From Nemertoderma westbladi (taxonomy: Eukaryota; Animalia; Xenacoelomorpha), in NCBI GenBank assembly GCA_032718475.1, contig JAUCBJ010000900.1, forward strand, positions 1 to 32,754: DNA of 32,754 nt, in the 5' to 3' direction. Of this stretch, positions 11,549 through 21,278 are shown piece after piece. The position numbers were made by a program, and so were the translations under genes. The notes under the pieces are model-generated. The model saw only the letters and a list, made by a program, of their open reading frames with translations. It ran no database searches and had not been told where the DNA came from. The stretch's first letter is position 1; each line of letters begins with the position of its first letter.

Positions 11549-12574
11549 TTGTTGAGAAATCCACAGATGCGCTTAAGGGATCGTTTCTCTAGCACAATGA
11601 TAGATGGGTTAATACGTGTTGGAGGAAGACTAACTAATGCTCCATTATCCTTTGACACTAAGTTTCCCATACTCATTAGAAATCTTGAAATACAAATCAA
11701 GATGATTGTAGATGTTCACAGTAAACTTTATCATGCTGATAGAGAACGAGTTCTTAGCGAAATTCGAACTCGCTATTATTTTTATAAACCCCGTAGAGCT
11801 CTGAACCAAGTTCTTAGGAACTGCATACCCTGTAGGAAAGCATTCAGTAGGCCTTTAACACAGCGAGAGGCAGAATTACCTAGGGAACGAGTAAGCTTCT
11901 ATGAACCACCCTTTACTAATACCAGTGTGGATCTATTTGGCCCTATTGAAGTATATCGTGCTAGGACTATAGTCAAGAGATGGTGTGTCATCTTTGTCTG
12001 TATGACTTGTAGAGCTATCCATCTCGATATGGTGAACGATTTATCTACCAACAGCTTCATATTGAGCTTATGCCGATAGATCGCTCGCTTCCTACTGAAG
12101 AAACCTGTAGCCATGCTCCCACGATCGGAAATAACGGACGGAGACGAATACTGCCGGCAAACTTGGCAACTTATGCAGTTGTTATCCCGTCGTTTCGCTG
12201 ACCATTTCGAAAAACATTATCTGCCTACGCTACAACTTCGAACTAAGTGGTTTGCGCAGCAAGAAAACGTCAGCGCCGGAGACATGGTCCTTATTGTGGA
12301 TTCAGATCTTCCACGTAAGCGGTGGCAGACAGGTCGTATCATCGAGACTCACATCTCGGATGATGGTTTGGTGCGATCGGTAGAACTCGTCGTCATGCGA
12401 CGTAACTTTAAGAAACCGGGAATTGTCTTCGAGACGCAGCAACTCAATCGCCCAGTTGGTCGTTTGTGTTTACTGGAAAGAGACAGAGAACTCTCCGGAA
12501 ACTATGGAAGGCAAGATACTCTTCCCACGACCACCTCCCTAATCCAACAAACATCTAGGGACTCCCCAACGTGA
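11549..12574 (+). pseudogene. integrase with HHCC zinc finger, first catalytic Asp and C-terminal domain, but a deleted DDE core
   Basis: GLIRVGGRL, H-SKLY-H...CIPC, VDLFGP and RAIHLD are present. LCR*IAR then joins directly to FLLKKPVAMLP. The C-terminal YLPTLQLRTKW...DGLVRSV...RPVGRLCLL is present. Confidence 0.9.
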
Positions 12575-13119
12575 CAGCGTCTGGAGTGGGTGTGTGACTA
12601 TATTATTTTATATTTGTTTTTATTATTTTATATTTATGTAAGTATTATTATGTAATTTTATTATAATCGTTTTCTTTAATTTTATTTAGTAGAATGTTAT
12701 TTTAGCGATTATCTAGTAGATTAGTGCAATATATATTAGTCTTATTACTTAATTACTTATATATTATATATTTAGTGCGACGGCGAGAAATAATTATTTT
12801 TCTCTTTCCTTACTGTCCGTATCATATTATAAATACGTGACTACAGTAAGATGAAATATCCGTACTTATTAAAGTACAATAAAGCTCCTACTATATTTAA
12901 GTATTATTGGTAAGTAGAGTATTAGGAATGCAAAATTCAGATCCTCGTGTCTCGGCTAAACCAAGCTCTGGGTAGACCTTGGAAACGACTTGCCTCTTCT
13001 CACTGACATTGCTTCTTGCGATATTGCTCTCATACCATATATTAAATAATACATATAGTAGCGTGATGTCCTTTAACAGTAGCGTACGACGCAAAATAAA
13101 TCTGTTAAACCCTTTGACC

Positions 13120-13480
13120 ATCTGTAATTCTAGTCGATTAAGATATCGCGGCACCCACCGATATACTTGAAAGACAAAATTCTAGAATCAGTGGTTAACG
13201 TCCCCAGACATGTTCTGGAATAAATTGGTGCCCATCTTAAATATTAACCATTAATATTTATAAAATCTGTCAAATAAATATAATAGAGTAACTACTTACA
13301 AGTTAACTCTAGAAAATCTATAAATTAAAATCTGTAAAATTTTAGATCCTTTAAAATTCTAGTCTACTAAGATATCGTAGCACTTACCGATACTCTTAAA
13401 AGGACAAATTTCCTAGAATTAAGGATCCTAGTCCCCAGACATGTTCTGGAATAAAATTGTGTCTATTTTAATATTAAATA
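13120..13480 (+). repeat. imperfect ~125-bp direct repeat pair in the 3' extension of the retroelement
   Basis: TCTAGTC...TAAGATATCG...ACCGATA...GTCCCCAGACATGTTCTGGAATAAA...AATATTAA occurs at ~13130-13250 and ~13358-13480. Confidence 0.8.
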
Positions 13481-14277
13481 ATAAAATTTACGGGAATAAA
13501 TTTAAATTCATCTCTTTTAATGAATTTGATAAATTGTCATTTTATACAATTTATAACATTCCCAAAATTCCATTAATTAATAGATCATGGGAGCGGAGAT
13601 TCACCCTATTAAGTATATTAGTGTGCGAGAATCTCTAATATATAGTCAATAGCCGATAAAATTCATAAAATCATGTATAAAGAGGAATATTGACAATTAA
13701 AGAATTACTATTAAATAGCATCCCAGATCTGTATGCATGAGAATTACCCTAATTCTACTGCTAGCTTTCCATAATGTCACCATGGCAACAACCACGCTAG
13801 AATTAGAAGTGAGTTAAAAGAACAATCAAGGCTTGCCCCATTGAATAGCATAAGGAATAAATAGCACACTGCTAGTATCCAAGGATACCCAATAATAACG
13901 TGCCATTCTGGAAGGCACTTGACTAACGGACAAATGGCCCGAATGTGTGCGGTTTGTGACAGTTGTGTGGAATTTGTGTGTTTATAGGTGAATGTTACTA
14001 CTAAAGTGTGTTTACAGTACCGAGACGCAATTGTGAAAGTAGCCCTAACTCTCCAGTAAGAACCTGAAGTAAATCTTAGCCCTTGGGATGGACAGTGGAG
14101 TGACTCACGCTGGTTGTTGTGGTCGTTGTGCAGCTACTATGTTGGCGATAGGCACATCGGCGAAAGTACATCGGCGCTGAGGATCTTGCGCTGTCCGGGG
14201 GCCGTGAGGGGTAGGCAGCTACGCCCGCTAGCCTAATTATAAACTCATTATAATATTAATAAACTCATATAGCAGCT

Positions 14278-15827
14278 ATGACTGAGTTGATAGAAGATGA
14301 TTTTGGTATCAGGGAGCGATATACTCTACCTTTACAAGCGTTTGTTGATAGCTTGATACGCGGCGACGCTAGTCCAACTACTACGGAGGATGATGGTCGT
14401 TATATCGAACCGCCAATGTCCCAGGAGCAACTCACTCGGGATTTGGACTATCGAAAATTCACTGCTCGCTATACGCATCGTAATGGTACACATATGGACT
14501 TCTTAACTACGGGTCATCCTATCGATTTATACGATACGGACGATGTAGACACCGAAAGGGAAATGGTTTTATTTAAATATCCTACCCAGCGGAGTCGGAA
14601 CGATAAACTGAAAATCGAATGCGAAAATTCTATTCGAAATCGACTCGAAAGAGAAGACGTTAAAGAACCTGATAAACGCGGTAACTCCAACGTATATTTG
14701 GAATTCTTGAGAGAAACATTGTAAAACCGAATAAATATCACCCGAGTTTCCCCTACAAGACGTGCGTCTTTGGTATTATTGCGATGAATGCCCAAGACCG
14801 AACCAACAAACGGAAAGACATAAACATCCGCGAAGATGTTGCTTTAAACACGGTTTTACTCGCTATATTTACGGGAGTTTCGAGCGAAACTTGTTCGATG
14901 TATCACCTACGCTCGCTCGATTCAAACGATCCTTAAATAAACCTAGGATCAGAGTTCCGGAATACTCGGTCAGACCTCCTCATTCCCTAGTTAGACCTCA
15001 CACTCTTGATCCTAATAGTATCACGGATCCTCCCGAACTGTACTCACTGTTCAAAGATCTAGTGTTACCTGAACAGTTAGTCGGTGGCACTCTGGTTGTG
15101 GGCTCCCTAAATATTCACCCATCTTACCTAGTCGGATTGGGACGCGGACATCTAATATCGCCATTCAACCGTATCATCGTCCCGGTTTAACCCGATACAA
15201 CCTGTCACCGAGGCGGAGGAGAGAGTTGTACGAAACGCGTTGGACACTGTTCGTCAAAAGATCGGAAAAGGAACCTACAATTGTTTAGAGAAACGTAAAT
15301 TGCAGCAGCAAGTCCAAGCGGTAAACGAATTAGCTTTATCTCAGTTCGATCAGGAAATCCAGAATCTCTAAAAAGATATCGAACTTGGGTGACCCTACTC
15401 TCTAAAGGAGTTTTAGACGAATGCTTCCAACGACAAGCGGAGGAAAATCAGCTCGAGGAGAAGCATATCGATTCCTATAGAGCCCGAGAACGCGAGTTGA
15501 AAAGAATCATCAAACCGAGGAAATTCTCACTACTCACGGTCCACCTACCGCTATCGTTCAGAAGACTCGTCAGGGACCAGTAGGAGCTGCTGTCTTAAAA
15601 TTCGCTCTCAAGGTTGTTTGACCTCGTTCCACTGAGGTTAATACCAATCAACGGGTACCTCGACCGGCGCATACACCGACCGTAATCCTAAACCTTCCGA
15701 TGCAATTGTATTGCACCCTTCACCCAGGAGTTATAGCCCTCCTAGTAAAGTGGCTCGCCCCAAAGAGAAAAGGACTCTTGCTAGTCTCAAAAAACTGCGT
15801 AAATGCTGTCCGCGCAAGAAAGACTAA
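14278..15827 (+). pseudogene. degenerate extra ORF (ORF3) of unknown function inside the retroelement
   Basis: GC-richer, codon-like block: 148-aa ORF from ATG 14278, an apparent 1-bp frameshift near 14710, then segments 14762-15190 and 15389-15583 in one frame. Contains CDEC...RCCFKH and a basic tail LKKLRKCCPRKKD*. The end coordinate is approximate. Confidence 0.6.
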
Positions 15828-15895
15828 CTGTTTAGAGTATTTTTATATTTTAGAAACTGTGATTTTTTATAGTTTATAGAATTAAATCCCATTTT

Positions 15896-15905
15896 CTGGG
15901 AGCGG
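15896..15905 (+). other. polypurine-tract position preceding the 3' LTR
   Basis: CTGGGAGCGG directly before the TGT of the 3' LTR. Confidence 0.65.
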
Positions 15906-17093
15906 TGTAAAGGCTTTTGCGGATCTAGCTAGTCATTTTCCCCGCAAAGTACTCTGTAGGTGTTTTAGCGGACATAAAAAGCCGTTTTCCTACTGTGTGG
16001 TGTTTTAGTGGACATAAAAAGCCATTTCTTCTGTATGTGTACTTTAGCGGACATAACTAGCGATTTTATGCCGCAAATGCACCAAAATACTCTTAATACA
16101 GTGTAGTTCAGATGACGACATCTATCAGCTGATATGTCCACGTAGAGCTTTTCTTTGTTCTTTGTTCGGCTCGACCAATCAGAGCGATTTTCATTTTATT
16201 TGCACAGAAGCCTCCGGGAAATCGCGCAATGCATTATGGTCTTTGTTTACCTTTTTTCCTGAGCCCAGAACATCGGCTGTGGAATTATTCTGTGTTTCAG
16301 ACTTTAGCCAAACATTAGAACGGCTTTGATCATAGAAACGTATAACTGTTATCAAACTGGCATATCAGCCTGTCATATCTCATGCAAACCTGATCACATA
16401 CAAACACCGCATTATTTTACTGCTATTTACTGTCGGTTATTAAGTGTTATCATTTGATGGATATGTTGATATATTTGGAGAATATCGATAAATAATCAGA
16501 AAACCCCAATCTTCTTGATATACTGAAGGTTAGAGAGACCGGTTACATATAGCAATTGCGACTTACATTATAGTGGTTTTGGAGTGAATTGAATGCTATT
16601 TCATAGACCCTACATGTGTCAGTTGCTGTTCTCCTTATATATGATCAAATTTATTGAAGGTCGGCAGATCAGTGTGCAGCAGTGTGCGGTAGTGTGCATG
16701 AATGTGATAGATAACAAAGCATTTCCTAAAGAATGCGCTTTATACGTGAATCATTAGCCATCCCGTTGTGTTTAGTGTAAGTCATAACTATGTTTACATA
16801 TTTAGAGCGCCACGTCCTAAAGGAACTGTTAATATTTCCCGAAAGTGAATAATATTTGTCAGAGATATTATAGTAACGATCAGTCGAATAATACAGTAGG
16901 TCTACACCGCAATAAGGTCAGAGCATCCGAATCCAGTCTCCCTTAACCGTGGGTGAATGATCGCGCATAGGCTGGCTTCGGCTAATGTAACTTTATGTGT
17001 ATCAAATACTTGTTATAGGCTAAGGTCGATTTATAACCTAGAAGACACCTAAATTTGGCAGGTTAAACTGCTAAAGGTCTAAAAGCGCGAACA
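15906..17093 (+). repeat. 3' LTR
   Basis: Direct repeat of 1728-2915, followed by the TSD CACGG. Confidence 0.97.
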
Positions 17094-17662
17094 CACGGTG
17101 TTATATTTTGACCCTTATCAATAATATTTTGTTGAAAAAAAAGGCCACAAAATATCTGATAGGCCTATCCAAAATACCGTAGGCCTGGCTATCGCCGTAT
17201 CCAGCTGTATATTTCTGTATTTACAATATCCAGCTGGATATGCCGGATATTGGTAGTTGTAGATAAATCCAATTCAATCAGCTGATCGGTTATCATGTGC
17301 GGGCCTTGCCCCTACCCCTATGCAGCGCAGGACTGATAACAAATAGAGTGAAAGTGGAGGGAAAGATGAGGAAATAACCAGGGATGTTAAGTACCGGTCT
17401 GCCGGTAGTGTTCTTTTACTTACTTTTTTCTTTTACGTTCAGTCTATTGAATTGGATTGGCGAATGAAGAAGGTAAAACTTGTTTTTACACCAGTGTACC
17501 GGTACCAGTTTTACCTACAGCTACAATTAGGCCCTATTCAGCTATTACAGAGTTGAGAGCATTTATGTCAGATACCGGTATTATTATTATTATTAATTAC
17601 CAGCCAGCCGGTATATACAGATATATATTATATATAACTGGAACTACTACCGGTAACAGGTA

Positions 17663-17977
17663 ATGGGTGAGGTTGATGCAGGAATATCTAGCCAAACTAT
17701 TGACTTAAATATTTTACTTTTCGCCAAAGCCAGGGAGGTTACCGATTCATCTCAGGTCACTGTTTCATTGAAGGTGCATAACTCGTCTGGTTCCTGTAGT
17801 ACTACTGTGGGCAACGTTTGGGATACACTCTTGGATATTTACCCTGAACTCTCACTGATACGGGGTACCTGTGTGTTGGCATTGAACGGTGATTACCTTA
17901 CTCAGGACGTTGATTCGCAATTTGTAGTTCGAAATGGCGACGAGTTGGCTGTAATTCCGCCTCTAGGGGGCGGATGA
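17663..17977 (+). CDS. MOCS2A: molybdopterin synthase sulfur carrier (small) subunit
   Basis: 104 aa with MoaD/MOCS2A signatures ILLFAKARE, VLALNGDY and GDELAVIPPLGGG, ending in the C-terminal di-glycine. Confidence 0.93.
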   Translation: MGEVDAGISSQTIDLNILLFAKAREVTDSSQVTVSLKVHNSSGSCSTTVGNVWDTLLDIYPELSLIRGTCVLALNGDYLTQDVDSQFVVRNGDELAVIPPLGGG

Positions 17978-18004
17978 TAAATAGTCCTACAGACTGACAG
18001 ACCC

Positions 18005-19774
18005 ATGGGTCGCCAAAAACATAAACGGAAACCTCAAACTCAGACAGTTAATGTTATAGAAGATGTTTACTCGCAACCGGAAGTGTACTCTTTAGTTAGG
18101 CGCTTGTTGGATATTACGTCACAACCGTGTCCTAGCAACGTCCAAACGCTTTTCTCAGAGACTAGACAGATTTACGAGGTGGTGGAGGCCATACGCGTGT
18201 TGCAAGATAAACACTTTCCCTGTCCCGGAAGTTTGAAAAATTCAAATTCCACCAGTGAACCATCTACTGTGGTTCCTATTGGTGGTTCCGTTAGTGAACC
18301 ATCTACTGTGGTTCCTATTGGTGGTTCCGTTAGTGAACCATATAATGTGATTCCTATTGGTGGTTCCGTTGTTAGTGAACCATATAATGTGGTTCCTATT
18401 GGTGGTTCCATAAGTGAACCATCTAATGCGGTTCCCATTTCTGGTTCCTTAACAGAACCCCTCCTTATTAATTCGACCCCTACCGATGCCGAATCTCCTT
18501 TGTGTCGCGATAAATCCCGACTGTTCGGAACAGAGCCATCCCATCGCCCCCTCTACCTAGACGGATTCCTCCAATGGGCTCACAACAACGACATCCGCAT
18601 CAACGAGAAGCTAAGAATCTCCGAGACCGGTCGCCATGACTACGGGATACACGCGACCGCGCGTATAGAGTTGGACGAGGTCCTTTTATCGGTCCCGATC
18701 TCGTCCTGCCTCAGTTACCACTCTTCCAACCCTTCCGCCCCTTTACGGGGTCTACAACGTACGGACCCCATGCTGCTAGCTATGCCCAACGTATGTCTCG
18801 CATTGACTCTCCTAGACGAGTCTAGCAACCCCGAATCGCGTTTTCACGGTTACTTAGACTTCCTACCTCGCAGTATCTCCTCCTGTTTGTATTTAACTCC
18901 CGATTTAATGACCCCTCTCCGCGGATCCCCATCCTTATTTCCCCTCCTCAAGAATTACCGCAATATTTCCCGTCAGTTCGCCTATCTCCACGGCCTATTC
19001 CGAGCGCTCCCAACCCGCAGCCCCTTCATGCGGGAGTTCACTTACGACCGATACCGCGCCGCTGTCGCCTTGGTGATGACCCGCAATAACCCGCTGCCTT
19101 TGGGGGGGCGCCCCGGGGCCGCCTTGGCGATGGTCCCCGCTGTGGATCTACTGAACCACAGCGGGTCCGGGACCCACATCGGGTTGGACGTTTCCTCGCA
19201 ACGCGTCGTGGTCACGGCTACCGAGACCCCCTACGACGTTGACGACGAGATAACGCTGTACTACGGAGACCGCAGCAACCAGGAGTTTCTACTAAACAAC
19301 TCGTTCATCCCGGAGTCAAACCCCAACGATTATTTAGAGATATTTTTTGGGTTTAAAAGGACCAACGAAATCGATGCCAAAAAGCACAGAATAATGGAGA
19401 GCGTTAGCGACAAACAGTATTTACTTAGACAACAGGTTAACCCGTTGTCACCCAGTGTCGTCGCCTACGCACGGCTATTCGCTCTAAAAGAAGAGAATCA
19501 ACTCGACAGTTTTCTTGTAAACCACGAATTGTTGGTATCACTTAGCGATCTCGCTTGTCCAATCAGCGTAGAGAACGAGGCCGCGGCGTTGCGGTTTCTA
19601 TTGGCGCGATTTCAACTACTTTTGGGTAATCAGGGTTGCTATAGTAACAAAAGCGACGAGTCAACAAGTCCTCTTGCTGCGTCTTTATTACGTTTAGTTA
19701 ATGGCGAGAAAGCTATTCTAGAACATAGTATTAGTTACTGCCAATTAAAATTAAATGAACTATTAATTATTTAA
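18005..19774 (+). CDS. SETD3: SETD3-like actin-histidine N-methyltransferase (SET domain plus Rubisco-LSMT substrate-binding domain)
   Basis: 589-aa uninterrupted ORF. Recognisable SETD3 segments: basic N-terminus, YGIHATARI, DPMLLAMPNVCLAL, YRNISRQFAY, FTYDRYRAAVALVMTRNN, DLLNH, YYGDRSNQEFL and NEAAALRFLLARFQLL. Confidence 0.88.
   Translation: MGRQKHKRKPQTQTVNVIEDVYSQPEVYSLVRRLLDITSQPCPSNVQTLFSETRQIYEVVEAIRVLQDKHFPCPGSLKNSNSTSEPSTVVPIGGSVSEPSTVVPIGGSVSEPYNVIPIGGSVVSEPYNVVPIGGSISEPSNAVPISGSLTEPLLINSTPTDAESPLCRDKSRLFGTEPSHRPLYLDGFLQWAHNNDIRINEKLRISETGRHDYGIHATARIELDEVLLSVPISSCLSYHSSNPSAPLRGLQRTDPMLLAMPNVCLALTLLDESSNPESRFHGYLDFLPRSISSCLYLTPDLMTPLRGSPSLFPLLKNYRNISRQFAYLHGLFRALPTRSPFMREFTYDRYRAAVALVMTRNNPLPLGGRPGAALAMVPAVDLLNHSGSGTHIGLDVSSQRVVVTATETPYDVDDEITLYYGDRSNQEFLLNNSFIPESNPNDYLEIFFGFKRTNEIDAKKHRIMESVSDKQYLLRQQVNPLSPSVVAYARLFALKEENQLDSFLVNHELLVSLSDLACPISVENEAAALRFLLARFQLLLGNQGCYSNKSDESTSPLAASLLRLVNGEKAILEHSISYCQLKLNELLII
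18254..18460 (+). repeat. 39-bp coding tandem repeat (SEPSTVVPIGGSV) x5 within SETD3
   Basis: AGTGAACCATCTACTGTGGTTCCTATTGGTGGTTCCGTT and variants; the frame is preserved. Confidence 0.9.
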
Positions 19775-20026
19775 TAACAGGGTGATCATGTAATTACAAT
19801 CCCTCAGCTTAATATCCATTAACCCATCAGTTACTCACTTTGTTTTAATATAAAATAGTTGAGTCAAGATAGTCATAGTGGGAAAGGAAATGGTGTTGTT
19901 TTTGTTTGCTATTTGTACTACCAGGAATTTCCGGTTCCCAACTACTGTAGCTATATATATTGATTTAGTTAAAATTTGATTAATTCAAAGTTTAATCTGA
20001 TTTAACATCAACTTATTATTGTGTTG

Positions 20027-20032
20027 AATAAA
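20027..20032 (+). terminator. candidate polyadenylation signal for the SETD3 (or MOCS2A-SETD3) transcript
   Basis: AATAAA ~250 bp after the SETD3 stop, followed by T-rich sequence. The AT-rich background weakens this evidence. Confidence 0.35.
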
Positions 20033-20208
20033 TTTTTTTAAATAACTGTTTTTCAGTTTATATCTCCGTTAGTTAAGTAGAAAAGATCAGGTAATTTCCC
20101 TCCAAAATGATATTAAAATGATTTACAAATATACGTTTATTTGGAGTTTGGAATTTATATAGATGTGCTAATTACGCAGCTTACCCTTGGGCCGATTTTG
20201 GGCCCATG

Positions 20209-20530
20209 CATGTGAAGAATACCAGACTTTCTGCCGTTATATTTCACTTTGCAGTTACCCCCATGTGAAGAATACCAGACTTTCTGCCGTTATATTTCAC
20301 TTTGCAGTTACCCCCATGTGAAGAATACCAGGTTTTCACCAAAAACACAGGTTACATAAGGGCTGAATCTAACCAAAACAATAAACGAATTAGTATATGT
20401 ACAGGTTATAAGACAGAAATAAGCGCTATAAAACACTTAATAAAGATAAATTAAAAAAAAATAAAAAATATTCATATATAAATTCCAATAAAAAGTCGAC
20501 CGAAAAGTGAAATCCTGGTATTCTTCACAT
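20209..20530. mobile_element. MITE-like / transposon-end fragment with a 53-bp tandem duplication and a 24-bp inverted repeat
   Basis: CATGTGAAGAATACCAG starts at 20209, 20262 and 20315. The inverted copy GTGAAATCCTGGTATTCTTCACAT is at 20507-20530. Confidence 0.65.
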
Positions 20531-21278
20531 TCACGATTTTGAGTAGTGTGATGACCCCACCAATGGGTGTGTAGAACAAATAGAAAACATTATTATAGCA
20601 AGTTCTATTAGATTATCCACTTAGGAGGACTTACTTGACTCAACTATTTAATATTAAAAGAGTTCATCCTTTTATCACGTCAGTATTTTTCGCCAATTTT
20701 TGAGATCTATTCTACCTAATAGTCCTAAAGGGGGTGAGGAAGCGGAAACCCACATATTATATAATATTAGGCCTACGTCTACAGGCCATTTATAGACTTT
20801 TATCACGGCGTATTACCTAGAATTGAATGTGCGCGTTTGAACGATAACAAAAAATGCCGTTTTGTCATGATAATAATTCTGTCTGCTGACGTCACAAAAT
20901 GGCTTTTGTCGTACTAGTACCTACGTACAACATCAGAAGTCGTCATCTGGAGCTGAGAAATGCTGACGTAATAAAATAATGACCCCTACTTACCTTTTAA
21001 TCCCCTCATGATCCTCATATCAGTTCAAACCCTTATCAGTTTTATTTTAATTATATCTATAATAATTTATCTCACATGTGTAATAATCATTTTACAAACT
21101 TAAACTTATATATATTTTATTCCAAAATTACTGTAACATTTATATTATGAAAACACTGCCATTTCTTGTTAGAAATATTTTTGGAGGAATTTCTGAAATT
21201 CGTATGAGGTGATAGAGTATCATGTAGAAGAAGCTTTAAGTTAAAATTTAAATCAAATTTAACGTTTGGAGTTACCGG

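Larger units (their letters stand above)
4829..12574 (+). pseudogene. BEL/Pao gag-pol polyprotein, one reading frame (~2580 codons) broken by 9 nonsense codons
   Basis: ORF-track pieces starting at 4829, 5618, 6104, 7328, 7985, 8399, 8912, 10802, 11549 and 12113 are all in the same frame. Stops at 5495, 6092, 7310, 7805, 8390, 8906, 10790, 11219 and 12077. Confidence 0.95.
1728..17093 (+). mobile_element. Full-length BEL/Pao LTR retrotransposon, 15366 bp, coding-defective
   Basis: Two 1188-bp direct repeats bounded by TGT...ACA. 5-bp TSD CACGG at 1723-1727 and 17094-17098. Domain order gag (three Zn knuckles)-PR-RT-RH-IN in a single frame, typical of BEL/Pao. Confidence 0.97.

Noticed and set aside
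4829-12574. Alternative genetic code or programmed readthrough as the explanation for the in-frame stops
   Set aside because: All three stop types occur, and the neighbouring host genes end normally at TGA and TAA.
12908-12919. TGGTAAGTAGAG as a tRNA-iMet PBS of a nested element
   Set aside because: Needs a gap and a mismatch, is not preceded by an LTR-terminal CA, and no gag follows.
14150-14200. GAAA...CTGAGGA resembling a permuted hammerhead
   Set aside because: Stem III cannot form; only a short ACATCGGCG direct repeat is present.
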